A stretch of 64,000 nucleotides of DNA from the NCBI GenBank assembly GCA_963754925.1, contig CAVWHX010000003.1, positions 480,001-544,000 on the forward strand, written 5' to 3'. Origin of the DNA: an uncultured delta proteobacterium (GTDB lineage Bacteria; Myxococcota; B64-G9). Shown here piece after piece: positions 1 through 9,396 of the stretch. The notes under the pieces are model-generated. The model did not search any database and was not told where the DNA came from. It worked only from the letters and a program-made list of their open reading frames with translations. A program made the position numbers and the translations under genes. Each line of letters begins with the position of its first letter. The stretch's first letter is position 1.

Positions 1-464
1 GGAATGGCCGGAGGTCTGGTCGAACCACCGACAAACCCGGTGATTTTAGGGGTGGATTTAACTAAATACCAGGTAGCCTCGTTCATTGCCATTTCAACTA
101 ACATGTAGCCGGGGAAGAACTTGCGTTTGGAGGTTCGGCGTTTGCCCTGCTTCATTTCCACGACTTCCTCAGTTGGTATAAGGATCTGGCCGAACTGAGC
201 ATCCATGCCCTCGCGTTTAATACGCTCCGATAGGGCCTGGCGTGCTTTGTTCTCGTAACCGGAGTAGGTGTGCACCACATACCATTTCTTTTCAACACTT
301 GCCGGCGCATTGAGGTCAGCAATCGTCGATTGCTGAGCAGACGTTTCACCTGCCGCCGGGGCCGGCGCCGTCTCGGGTGGTACAACCGGTGTTGGCTGCT
401 CGGTTGGGCTTACCTCACCAGCGCCCAGGGTATTATCCACGTTACTTTGTTCCGGTTCGCTCAT
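1..464 (-). CDS. nusG: Transcription termination/antitermination factor NusG (runs off the left edge; ~55 aa acidic/Pro-rich N-terminal extension)
   Basis: Not in the ORF track. Manual translation from ATG 464 gives ...KKWYVVHTYSGYENKA...RKFFPGYMLVEM...TPKITGFVG; directly downstream of secE. Confidence 0.96.
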   Translation of the reverse strand, partial: MSEPEQSNVDNTLGAGEVSPTEQPTPVVPPETAPAPAAGETSAQQSTIADLNAPASVEKKWYVVHTYSGYENKARQALSERIKREGMDAQFGQILIPTEEVVEMKQGKRRTSKRKFFPGYMLVEMAMNEATWYLVKSTPKITGFVGGSTRPPAI

Positions 465-535
465 GCCACCATCCTTTAGCAGACCCAATCACCCTCAACC
501 TCTCAATAACCTACCGTCTGTACCCAACCGGCCTT

Positions 536-937
536 CTATCCCGATTGAATGGTCGGATAGATGAAACTCAGTATCTTCGACCACGCCAGATCAAACATTC
601 CGAGAAAGAAAGACAGGATGAAAACCGTGATGATAACAACTATGGTGGCGGCGCGGGTTTCAGCTCTGGTTGGCCAGGTAACTTTTTTGAGTTCCACCAC
701 CACCTCTTCCGAAAGCGTTGACAGCATAGGGTGTCGATACGCCCAAACGCCAAGGCTTAACGCTGTAGCAAATCCAATAAGAGTAGTTAATTTAAACTGA
801 TCACCTAACAACTGAAAATCGTACTCCTCCATCCCGGTCCACAGCATCACGGTACCGAGAAATTTCGCAACAACTACCCAGAGGACAACCCCAAAAACCA
901 AAAAGGCCATTCCAATCCATCGACGATTTGAATTCAT
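536..937 (-). CDS. secE: Preprotein translocase subunit SecE (long multi-TM form)
   Basis: ELKKVTWPTRAET motif followed by a TM helix; lies between tRNA-Trp and nusG. Confidence 0.95.
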   Translation of the reverse strand: MNSNRRWIGMAFLVFGVVLWVVVAKFLGTVMLWTGMEEYDFQLLGDQFKLTTLIGFATALSLGVWAYRHPMLSTLSEEVVVELKKVTWPTRAETRAATIVVIITVFILSFFLGMFDLAWSKILSFIYPTIQSG

Positions 938-1028
938 CAAAACCTCTATCCTGCGTTTACAATTCCTACGGTCAGTGCCTCAAATAAAAAAATGGCAATG
1001 GTGCGTAGACCTCCTCACTATTTCACAA

Positions 1029-1101
1029 CGGGCCAGGAAGGACTCGAACCCTCAGCCCACGGTTTTGGAGACCGTTGCTCTACCACTTGAGCTACTGACC
1101 C
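1029..1101 (-). tRNA. tRNA-Trp(CCA)
   Basis: Cloverleaf GGGTCAG...CTGGCCC, anticodon loop CT-CCA-AA, T-loop GGTTCGAGTCC. Confidence 0.96.
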
Positions 1102-1207
1102 GCATCATCTGACCCATCCTCATTTTCTCCTAACCAAACCAACCAGATCGTTCGGTGCTGCTTTGACATACATCATTGCTTTATCCTTGAGCAGTCACTT
1201 CATGCGG

Positions 1208-1360
1208 CTACTTCGATTCCTTGTGCTCGGTATGTCTCCGGCAGAAACGACAGTATTTTTTGGCCGAATATTTTTTGGTATGTGTCCGCTTGTTGCGGGT
1301 GGTGCTATAGTTGCGGCTTTTGCACTCGCCACATTCCAACGTTACGATCACTCGGTTCAT
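1208..1360 (-). CDS. rpmG: 50S ribosomal protein L33 (Zn-binding form, 50 aa)
   Basis: Manual translation MNRVIVTLECGECKSRNYSTTRNKRTHTKKYSAKKYCRFCRRHTEHKESK, two CxxC motifs; between tuf and tRNA-Trp. Confidence 0.96.
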   Translation of the reverse strand: MNRVIVTLECGECKSRNYSTTRNKRTHTKKYSAKKYCRFCRRHTEHKESK

Positions 1361-1384
1361 GAGATGCTTCTCCCGTCATCCACC

Positions 1385-2593
1385 TTATTCAATGATCTCG
1401 GTGATTACCCCGGCGCCCACCGTCTTGCCGCCTTCCCGTATCGCAAACCGTAGCTCCTTCTCCATCGCGATTGGCGTGATCAACGTTACCTCCATCTGCG
1501 TGTTGTCTCCCGGCATGATCATCTCCGTCCCCTCCGCCAACTTCACCGTCCCCGTCACGTCCGTCGTCCGAAAATAAAACTGCGGCCGATAATTATTGAA
1601 AAACGGTGTGTGCCGCCCGCCCTCTTCCTTCGACAGTACGTACACCTCCGCCTTGAACTTCGTGTGCGGCGTGATGCTCCCCGGCTTCGCCAATACCTGC
1701 CCCCGCTCGATCTCTTCCTTCTTGATCGACCGCAGCAAACACCCGATGTTGTCTCCCGCTCGCCCCTCATCCAATAACTTCCGAAACATCTCCACTCCCG
1801 TCACCACCGTCTTCTGCGTCTCCCGAAATCCCACAACCTCTATCGTATCCTGTACCCTCACTATCCCGCGCTCCACTCTCCCCGTCGCCACCGTCCCGCG
1901 CCCCGATATCGAAAATACATCCTCCACCGGCATCAAAAACGGCTTGTCCACGTCCCGCACCGGCTCAGGTATCGATTCGTCCAACGCCTTCAGTAAATCC
2001 AATATCGGCTTGCACTCCGGCGCGTTCGCATCTTCCGACTGCATCGCCTTCAACGCGCTCCCCGTTATCACCGGTATCTTGTCCCCCGGAAACTTGTACG
2101 ACGTCAGCAGATCCCGTACCTCCAGCTCCACCAACTGCAACAAGTCCTTGTCGTCCACCAAATCCGCCTTGTTCAAAAACACCACCATGGCCGGCACGTT
2201 CACCTGCCGCGCCAACAATATATGCTCCCGCGTCTGCGGCATCGGCCCGTCTTCCGCGCTCACCACCAATATCGCCCCGTCCATCTGCGCCGCACCCGTG
2301 ATCATGTTCTTGATGTAGTCCGCGTGGCCCGGACAGTCCACGTGCGCGTAGTGCCGCTTCTCGCTCTCGTATTCCACGTGGCTCGTCGCTATGGTCAATA
2401 TCTTCATTTCATTCCGCCGCCCCTGCGATATCGACGCCTTCGCCACTTCATCGTACGATTGGAACTTGGCCATCCCCCGCCTCGCCTGCACCTTCGTTAT
2501 CGCGGATGTCAGCGTGGTCTTTCCATGATCCACATGGCCGATTGTCCCCACGTTCACATGCGGCTTCGTCCTCTGGAATTTCTCCTTGGCCAT
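1385..2593 (-). CDS. tuf: Elongation factor Tu
   Basis: [13 protein letters not shown] and NKAD motifs; 402 aa; follows the Thr-Tyr-Gly-Thr tRNA cluster. Confidence 0.99.
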   Translation of the reverse strand: MAKEKFQRTKPHVNVGTIGHVDHGKTTLTSAITKVQARRGMAKFQSYDEVAKASISQGRRNEMKILTIATSHVEYESEKRHYAHVDCPGHADYIKNMITGAAQMDGAILVVSAEDGPMPQTREHILLARQVNVPAMVVFLNKADLVDDKDLLQLVELEVRDLLTSYKFPGDKIPVITGSALKAMQSEDANAPECKPILDLLKALDESIPEPVRDVDKPFLMPVEDVFSISGRGTVATGRVERGIVRVQDTIEVVGFRETQKTVVTGVEMFRKLLDEGRAGDNIGCLLRSIKKEEIERGQVLAKPGSITPHTKFKAEVYVLSKEEGGRHTPFFNNYRPQFYFRTTDVTGTVKLAEGTEMIMPGDNTQMEVTLITPIAMEKELRFAIREGGKTVGAGVITEIIE

Positions 2594-2637
2594 GACACGC
2601 TCCTTTTGTTCAATAGCGACCTCAGTTGTTAATCAAA

Positions 2638-2710
<73 letters not shown>

Positions 2711-2723
2711 AACTAGCCCCATG

Positions 2724-2797
<74 letters not shown>

Positions 2798-2865
2798 GCA
2801 AACGCTCTCCTTCATGAACGCATCCAATTCCTTTACCAAACCCACCAGGAGAATTTCTCTACAAA

Positions 2866-2947
2866 TGGAGAGGGGAGGATTCGAACCTCCGAAGGCGGAG
2901 CCGGCAGTTTTACAGACTGCTCCCTTTGGCCACTCGGGAACCTCTCC
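2866..2947 (-). tRNA. tRNA-Tyr(GTA)
   Basis: GGAGAGG...CCTCTCC acceptor stem, anticodon loop CT-GTA-AA, long variable arm. Confidence 0.96.
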
Positions 2948-3054
2948 TCGGTCTGCAAACGGAACTTGAGAAAACAACCCGCACCTCACGCTATCTATAC
3001 CTAAAGATATAAAAAACTCTTCTTTGCGGCACCTCAAGTCCCGATTCGTTCATC

Positions 3055-3127
3055 AGCTGGCGAGGGGACTCGAACCCTTGACCTGCTGATTACAAGTCAG
3101 CTGCTCTACCAACTGAGCTACGCCAGC
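3055..3127 (-). tRNA. tRNA-Thr(TGT)
   Basis: GCTGGCG...CGCCAGC acceptor stem, anticodon loop CT-TGT-AA. Confidence 0.96.
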
Positions 3128-3187
3128 AAAAACAATAATCAAAGAGCAGAGCGGCACAACTAAACACACCACTCCTCCAATTCTGGA

Positions 3188-3223
3188 GCGCCATCATTTA
3201 AGTGGTTCTAAATCCGATGTCAA
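3188..3223 (-). promoter_or_regulatory. Putative sigma70 promoter of the tRNA-tuf operon
   Basis: Perfect TTGACA (3223-3218), imperfect AT-rich -10 region (TTAAATGAT), then a GC-rich GGCGC discriminator-like tract. Confidence 0.4.
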
Positions 3224-3376
3224 GAAAATTCTCTTGGTCTCTGGCCCCTTTTTTGCAATATACCGGTTTTTTGAATTACGCAAGCTTAACTTAATAATAG
3301 TTGCGGCTTACTTTGCTTACTTTTAACGAGCTGACAATAAGGAGTTAGCTCGACGCTGGCCATCATCAGGTCGGTA

Positions 3377-4108
3377 TTACCGGTTTTCTCGACCCAGCCA
3401 CTCGTATAATAGTAATGCACCTGCAACGGAGACGTTTAACGATTCCGCGGACTTATTTAATGGTATTTGAACACGAAAGTCAAGCAATGATTGAATCCCT
3501 TTACGGAGTCCAAAACCCTCGGAACCAAGCACCAATACGATCTTTTCACCGGGATCAATATCCCAGGGCGCCTGACCCTCGTGCGCTACCGCACCTACGA
3601 TCCAATACCCTGCGGTCTTCAGCTCTTCCAGGGCGCGAGACAGGTTTGTCACCCGGGCAACCGGCAGACGCGAAAGCGCACCGGCCGAAGCCTTGATAGC
3701 GCCGGGGGAAATCCCGGCCGAGCGACGAGCTTGAATGACGATGCCTTGGGCACCGAAAGCGAGTGCGCTGCGCGCCAACGCCCCAAGATTGTGCGGATCC
3801 TGGACTTCGTCAAGCGCCAGTATCAAGGTACGACCAGGTCGTTCGATCGCTTGGAGTCGGGCTAACGACAGTACATTCGGGCGTCCGCAAACCGCCACCA
3901 CCCCCTGGTGTACCCCTCCTCCTGACATACGATCCAACTCGCGCCGGCTGGTATTGAATACCCGCACTCCCCGCTCCCTGGCCGCTAGCTGAATTTTACC
4001 GCGCGTAGACTCAGTGATTCCGACCGCTAAATAAATTTCCTCGATTGAAATGTTGGCCGCCAACGCCTCGATAACCGGGTTGGTTCCGTAGACTACCGCT
4101 CGTTCCAT
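3377..4108 (-). CDS. rlmB: 23S rRNA (Gm2251) 2'-O-methyltransferase, SpoU/TrmH family
   Basis: HQGVVA, DEVQDPHNLGALARSA, LGSEGFG and ESLNVSVA motifs. Confidence 0.93.
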   Translation of the reverse strand: MERAVVYGTNPVIEALAANISIEEIYLAVGITESTRGKIQLAARERGVRVFNTSRRELDRMSGGGVHQGVVAVCGRPNVLSLARLQAIERPGRTLILALDEVQDPHNLGALARSALAFGAQGIVIQARRSAGISPGAIKASAGALSRLPVARVTNLSRALEELKTAGYWIVGAVAHEGQAPWDIDPGEKIVLVLGSEGFGLRKGIQSLLDFRVQIPLNKSAESLNVSVAGALLLYEWLGRENR

Positions 4109-4133
4109 TCGAATACCTCAGGCGTCAACATGG

Positions 4134-4865
4134 TTACGCGGGAAGCGCCGACGCAATCTCCTGCGCAATGGCCGCGGCGGCCGCGGCCGGATCCTGAGCT
4201 TGCGTGATCGGCCGGCCCACCACCAGCAAATCAGCGCCGGATGCAATGGCCGCTGCCGGCGTTGCGATCCGTTGTTGATCATTGAGAGCGGCGCCGGCTG
4301 GGCGGACACCGGGGGTGATGAGCCACGGCGTTTTCCCCAATCGGCCGCGCAATTCAGAAACCTCGCGGGGCGAACACACCAGGCCGGCGAGGCCGGCGGA
4401 AAGCGCAAGCTCGGCGAAGCGCCAAACGACGTTTGCGGTCGGCCCCTGCAGGCCGATCGTCGCAAGATCGGCGTCGGCAAGGCTGGTAAGGACCGTCACT
4501 CCGATCACCGCCGGGGACGGCGTCATTGACTTGGCCGCAGCGGCGGCTGCTCGAAGCATTTCGCCTCCGCCGGCCGCGTGCACCGTCAAAAATTCAACCC
4601 CGAGTCGAGCCGCCGCCCGCACCGCCGAGGCCACCGTGTTGGGAATGTCATGGAACTTCAAATCTAAAAATACCCGTTCATCGTGCTTATGAACCAGCTC
4701 AATAGCTTTTGGCCCCAGCGCGGTGAAAAGTTCCATGCCGATCTTAAACATTCCCACCTGGCCCCGAAGCGCCCTCAGCAGGTTCTGCAATTCAGCGGCG
4801 TCGGCGACGTCCAGCGCCACCACAATCCGACGGGCGGGAGATTGCAAATCACGACGTTCGATCAC
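4134..4865 (-). CDS. pyrF: Orotidine-5'-phosphate decarboxylase
   Basis: VALD, FLDLKFHDIPNTV, VTVLTS, TPGVRP and VVGRPI motifs. Confidence 0.97.
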   Translation of the reverse strand: MIERRDLQSPARRIVVALDVADAAELQNLLRALRGQVGMFKIGMELFTALGPKAIELVHKHDERVFLDLKFHDIPNTVASAVRAAARLGVEFLTVHAAGGGEMLRAAAAAAKSMTPSPAVIGVTVLTSLADADLATIGLQGPTANVVWRFAELALSAGLAGLVCSPREVSELRGRLGKTPWLITPGVRPAGAALNDQQRIATPAAAIASGADLLVVGRPITQAQDPAAAAAAIAQEIASALPA

Positions 4866-6109
4866 GGCTTGGTCTCCTTGCCGGGCAAGTTTTGGCTCAA
4901 TGCTTCTATTTTTTCCAGGAGGAGGTCGGAGGCGGCCTCATCCAAGACATCCATAGCTTGAAACCTCGCGTAGTCATAGAGCCCGCGCACAGCAGCCAGG
5001 GCAAGTTCCCGGGCATCCTTCGGGTGCAGCTTTTCGGCGTTACGCAAGAGCGTTTCGATATCCAGCTGGCCACTCGTGTCAAAAGCAACTCCCTGGAAGA
5101 CCTCACTGTGCTGGGGGAGAGGACTGCCCAGGTAACCATCAAGCCGATTCTCGACCTCTGGTTCCTCGACCAAAAAAGTTTGATGGATGTAGCGAATCAT
5201 ACGCGCATAGATTTCGAGTGCGGCGCGGAGCGGAACTTCATCGCCGGGCTTGCCGGTCTCCGGCGCATGGGTATCCAAGAGACCCCGCTGATTAAGTCGC
5301 GCTAGTATTGTAAGGGCCTCATACTCAGGCATACGGCTTTCGGACAGAATCGCCGCTACCGACTTCTTGCCGTCAACCAATTCCTTCAAGCGCTGCTCAT
5401 CCGGACTAAGTTTTACTTCGATCGACAGCGGACGAAGCACCGCTATCGCCTGACGATCAGGAAACAACTCCTCCAACCGGGACATTTCCTCGGCACGCCG
5501 CGCACCCTCTCGAATTATTTCACGGGTAGGCTGATCGAGGCGCACGGCGTTGTGCAGGGGCACCTTGCCTTCGGTAAAGATAAATTCGCCTGTGGTTATG
5601 TGAAAGGTGCTGTACAGAATCTCCAACACCTGTTCTTTGATGCCCTCGTAGAGTTGCCGGGGGGTGATCAACTGGCGTTGCAACAGGATCGCTCCAAGCT
5701 TCTGGGGACCAACCAGATCATAGACCGACGAAAGCTGCGCAAGTGAGATGAAACCACGGCGCCAGAGTACCTCGCCGAGGCGGTAGTCCTCCACGGTTGA
5801 GGTCGCGTACGCCACCTCGCCGCCCAAAAAGAAAATCGTTTTTTCCGCCAGAGGGACGACGATAGTCAGCGATCCGTCTTTTTGCATCGAGTTAATGAGC
5901 GCGAGCACCTCGGCGATATGCAGAAGCCGCAAATCACCGTACAAGAAGGGATGCAGGCGTTGTCCGGGTTGCTGGTGGATTGAAACGACGAGGTCATCCA
6001 GCAGCGAGGTTAGACGCAATTTCTCGAAGGAAAGCCCCTTGAGCTTACCCAACTTGTCGGCCGCGATCACCAGATCGCCCTCTGGCGTCTTCGAAAGCTC
6101 ATGACCCAT
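4862..6109 (-). CDS. DUF4388/PATAN-like domain protein
   Basis: LYGDL...IAEVL...KDGSL...TIFFLGGEVAYATS...RLGEVL...KLGAILL...GEFIFTEG pattern; overlaps both ispG and pyrF. Confidence 0.75.
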   Translation of the reverse strand: MGHELSKTPEGDLVIAADKLGKLKGLSFEKLRLTSLLDDLVVSIHQQPGQRLHPFLYGDLRLLHIAEVLALINSMQKDGSLTIVVPLAEKTIFFLGGEVAYATSTVEDYRLGEVLWRRGFISLAQLSSVYDLVGPQKLGAILLQRQLITPRQLYEGIKEQVLEILYSTFHITTGEFIFTEGKVPLHNAVRLDQPTREIIREGARRAEEMSRLEELFPDRQAIAVLRPLSIEVKLSPDEQRLKELVDGKKSVAAILSESRMPEYEALTILARLNQRGLLDTHAPETGKPGDEVPLRAALEIYARMIRYIHQTFLVEEPEVENRLDGYLGSPLPQHSEVFQGVAFDTSGQLDIETLLRNAEKLHPKDARELALAAVRGLYDYARFQAMDVLDEAASDLLLEKIEALSQNLPGKETKP

Positions 6110-7160
6110 CGCGGATCTCCTTCTTTTGTAATCGGCGTATCAACTCCCCCTCAAGCTCGCTGTTCGTATAGCGCCCGACGATCCGCCCAGCCTCAAACAG
6201 CACGCCTACCCCTTTTGAACCATACGCTATTCCCAGGTCGGCTGCGCGCGCCTCGCCCGGGCCGTTCACCTCGCAGCCCATCACCGCCACCACGCGATCG
6301 AGGTTTAGCGCAAGCAGCATAGCTTCGATCCGCTCGGCAATCGGGAGAAGGTCCACGCTCGTTCGACCACAGGTTGGACAGGATACCACCACGCCGCCCG
6401 GGCGCAAGGTTAGCGCCGTCAGCAGAAAGCGCGCCGCGCGCACCTCCTCAACGGGATCGGCGGTAAGCGAAATGCGTATGGTGTCGCCGATGCCCTCCTG
6501 CAACAGGAGCGCAAGCGTGGCCGCCGAACGAACCGCACCCGCGAGCAGCGGCCCGGCTTCGGTCACCCCCAAATGCAGCGGCACATTCGAACAGGCCGCA
6601 AACATCCGGTTAGCTTCGACGGTCGTCGTCAGATCAAAAGCCTTCAACGAAACTTTGATCTCATGAAAACCAAGCGCCTCGACCTCGGCAATCATGAAGA
6701 GCGCCGTATCGGTCATCGCCTGGGCGGTGGCACACACCGGTTGTCCGCCGCGTTTTGGCAGCGAGCCAGCATTGACTCCCACCCGGATCGCCGTGCCAGC
6801 CTCGGCGGCAGCCGCCACGACGGCTCGTAAAGCATCAGTCCCACCCAAGGTGCCTGGATTTATTCTAATTGCCGCTGCGCCTGCTTTGATGGCGGCCACA
6901 GCGCAACGGTAGTCGAAATGAATATCCGCCACTACCGGCATGCCGCAGCGCTCCTGGATCTCGCGGATAGTTCGGGCGGCCGCCTCGTCCGGCACGGCGA
7001 TCCGACCGATGTCGCAGCCCGCGGCATGCGCCGCGGCAAGCTGCGCTACGATGCGATCGACATCGGTAGGCTGCGCCTTGGCCATGGTCTGGATCGACAC
7101 CGGCGCGTTGCCCCCCACCAGCACGTTCCCGATCTTAATTTGTCTCGTAAGTCGTCGCAC
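6099..7160 (-). CDS. ispG: (E)-4-hydroxy-3-methylbut-2-enyl-diphosphate synthase
   Basis: ADIHFD, RINPG, HLGVTEAG, GIGDTIRISL, SCPTCGR and MGCEVNGPGEA motifs. Confidence 0.98.
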   Translation of the reverse strand: MRRLTRQIKIGNVLVGGNAPVSIQTMAKAQPTDVDRIVAQLAAAHAAGCDIGRIAVPDEAAARTIREIQERCGMPVVADIHFDYRCAVAAIKAGAAAIRINPGTLGGTDALRAVVAAAAEAGTAIRVGVNAGSLPKRGGQPVCATAQAMTDTALFMIAEVEALGFHEIKVSLKAFDLTTTVEANRMFAACSNVPLHLGVTEAGPLLAGAVRSAATLALLLQEGIGDTIRISLTADPVEEVRAARFLLTALTLRPGGVVVSCPTCGRTSVDLLPIAERIEAMLLALNLDRVVAVMGCEVNGPGEARAADLGIAYGSKGVGVLFEAGRIVGRYTNSELEGELIRRLQKKEIRDGS

Positions 7161-7297
7161 GCAGGCATAATACGGGCGCTCGGCAACCGGGTCAAGCTAC
7201 TATTGACTAATACGCCATTGCCTTGTGAATTAAGCTGTGGTTCAATAGTATTTGTTCGCCGGGTGTTTCAGTGCCCATCGGGAAAAGGGGTGTGTCG

Positions 7298-8233
7298 ATG
7301 AATGCATTAGTTCAACGGCGCTGTTCGCTAACGGCTCATCAGCTCATCACGGTAAGCCTGCTGGTCGCTGGTTATGTAAACAGTTGCACGTCATCAAAGC
7401 AGACAACGATTACCTTCAATCCGCAACCTCCCGATCCCGTTGAAGTAGCCCGGGTGATCGAGAATGATGCCAAAGCCATCAGCGACTATACTCCCGGCGC
7501 CGCGTCGCAGAATGTGATCCAAGCGCTGGTGAAGCTGAATCTGTTGACGGACATGCGCGTGCAACCAGTAAACGAACAAAACATTGAACAGGCTTTTGAT
7601 GATCTGCGCCGCGCCATTGCCCGCTGCTTGGAGGACGAAGGCAAAGAAAATCTGCAGCGGCTGGGACTATTTCTGCTTGCGCGGTTCGAGCGTGAGCTCG
7701 ACGAGTTGGCAAAAAACACGCGTTCGCTGGGGTTAACCACGAAAAAGATTCTTACCGGCGCGGACGTGGAGGCATCGCTCGAACCGGCTTTGAAAAAGTT
7801 CGTCGAGATCGGGGGAGACTTCCTACCTCTCGCGGTGAACAACAACCTCGTTCGTGATGATCCATCCGGCGGAATCCAGGTGGTTCCGGATACCGCCTTC
7901 TTCATCCGCCTGGCCTTCAAGGTTCGCTGGGCCAATATTTTACCCGAAAAAATTGACCCTATTCCGTTGATGCTTACGGACTTTGAGCGTGAACAGTACG
8001 ATCGATGGGTCGTCGAGCGCTCGAAGACCGCTCCCCTGGCCCGCCGGCTACAGGCTATAACCGATCTTAAAGCGCGCAATCCTTCGTTTCCCGAATCGAA
8101 AGCCAAAGGGATCGTACTATTTCAGGCTGGCTCGTACGACGAAGCCGCGAAGGCCTTCGAAGAGGCCCTCAAACAGAACCCCGGCGATAAAGATGTGGCG
8201 GACTACCTGAACCAAGCTCAACGCAAACGCTGA
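7298..8233 (+). CDS. Hypothetical exported/lipoprotein with a C-terminal TPR
   Basis: Hydrophobic N-terminus ending NSC; C-terminal KGIVLFQAGSYDEAAKAFEEALKQNP TPR pattern. Start uncertain (7271 or 7298). Confidence 0.7.
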   Translation: MNALVQRRCSLTAHQLITVSLLVAGYVNSCTSSKQTTITFNPQPPDPVEVARVIENDAKAISDYTPGAASQNVIQALVKLNLLTDMRVQPVNEQNIEQAFDDLRRAIARCLEDEGKENLQRLGLFLLARFERELDELAKNTRSLGLTTKKILTGADVEASLEPALKKFVEIGGDFLPLAVNNNLVRDDPSGGIQVVPDTAFFIRLAFKVRWANILPEKIDPIPLMLTDFEREQYDRWVVERSKTAPLARRLQAITDLKARNPSFPESKAKGIVLFQAGSYDEAAKAFEEALKQNPGDKDVADYLNQAQRKR

Positions 8234-8241
8234 AAGCTCTC

Positions 8242-8784
8242 CTATAGACGTTCTACCAGGCTCCGGCTTACCGAAAGCCGCTTCGGATTCATTTCCTGAT
8301 GGGTGCACCATAGGTGGTTTATGGTCGACAGGATTTGGTTAACGGGCGCCAGATCCAATACACACCCACTGGTGAACGTGCGTACCTGCTGAAAGTTCAA
8401 AGGACAAACGCTAAGGCTGGGCTCTTTTCCCGGAAAGGTAATGAGCAGCGGCAGGCCGTGGCTGCGGCAAATCATGGGTCGATTGGCATAAACCAGGCAC
8501 TTTCCCCTCTGATCGAGCAGCGGACAGGGCGCCTCCGAATCATGCAGCGCTCGCCGCGCCCTCTGCAAAACACCCCTCCGAACGTTCTCCGGCAGCTCCT
8601 GCGCGGCGGCTACCAGCAGATCGACTTCCACGGGGAAGAGCGCCAAGTCGCGCTGGCAGCAATCAGAGCAGCCTACCCTACAAGCGAGATTATTTCTCTC
8701 ACGCCGCTTCACTTGACGAAAAAAGCGGTCCATCCGACGCTGAAGTCTATGGTATGCCTGAAGGGGCTCTTTCAATCTCGTCAT
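8242..8784 (-). CDS. YkgJ-family (CxxCxxCC) cysteine-cluster protein
   Basis: CRVGCSDCC, CPLLD...CLVYANRPMICR and CPLNF motifs. Confidence 0.88.
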   Translation of the reverse strand: MTRLKEPLQAYHRLQRRMDRFFRQVKRRERNNLACRVGCSDCCQRDLALFPVEVDLLVAAAQELPENVRRGVLQRARRALHDSEAPCPLLDQRGKCLVYANRPMICRSHGLPLLITFPGKEPSLSVCPLNFQQVRTFTSGCVLDLAPVNQILSTINHLWCTHQEMNPKRLSVSRSLVERL

Positions 8785-8936
8785 GCGGCGGCCACCACAT
8801 CGGGCGGTTCGGCAAATACCACCGGCGGTGGAAGCCCAATGGAAACTCCAACACTGACACCCTGCGCATTCACGGATGTGGCGCTGAAAATAAGAAAAAA
8901 TGCGAAAATCACCACCCAGTGCGTGATTGGTCGCAT
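8781..8936 (-). pseudogene. Truncated 5' part of a secreted Pro-rich protein (51 aa)
   Basis: Strong RBS AAGGAGG, signal peptide, then GVSVGVSIGLPPPVVFAEPPDVV and an abrupt stop overlapping the next ATG; resembles the start of YXWGXW-type secreted proteins. Confidence 0.5.
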
Positions 8937-9089
8937 AAACGATTCCTCCTTAACTCTTGACGTCTTTCCCAATTCAATTCCAAAAATTCTTCCTCAACTA
9001 TAGGTTAGAATAACTCTTGAGTCAAAAATCAGGAAGGATTCCAAAGGGCTAGCTTAATCGAGAAGATAACTATACATCAGCTTGATGTT

Positions 9090-9245
9090 TTAACACGTTG
9101 GAAGTGCGGGCGAATTATCTGCAATCATCTCGGCCAGCCCCGAAGACCTGCGAACCGAGGTCTTGATGGCCGTCTGAACCACATCTCCACTACCGCAAAT
9201 GGTCACCCACTGCCGAGCGCGGGTTACCGCCGTATAGAGCAGAAG
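9090..9245 (-). pseudogene. recD: 3' remnant of recD (exodeoxyribonuclease V alpha subunit)
   Basis: LLYTAVTRARQWVTICG...AIKTSVRRSSGLA matches SF1B motif VI plus the RecD C-terminal RxSGL signature; no helicase sequence upstream. Confidence 0.8.
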
Positions 9246-9327
9246 CAGCCATGGCCGTGTCGCGGTCCTTCTCAGGACAGCTCGCTCGTTTGCATTTGCC
9301 ATGCCCTTTTAAGTGATGGTAGATTTC

Positions 9328-9380
9328 TAAGAAATTCTTGCCCCGCAAGGAGGGGCTTAGAATTTCTTACCCCTTCGGGG
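9328..9380 (-). repeat. ~50 bp hairpin element, copy A
   Basis: Minus-strand 45 bp core GGGTAAGAAATTCTAAGCC-N11-GGCAAGAATTTCTTA aligns without gaps to copies B and C. Confidence 0.8.
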
Positions 9381-9396
9381 ATAAGAGGGACAAAGG

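Noticed and set aside
152..385. 77 aa minus-strand ORF in the track
   Set aside because: Alternative frame of nusG.
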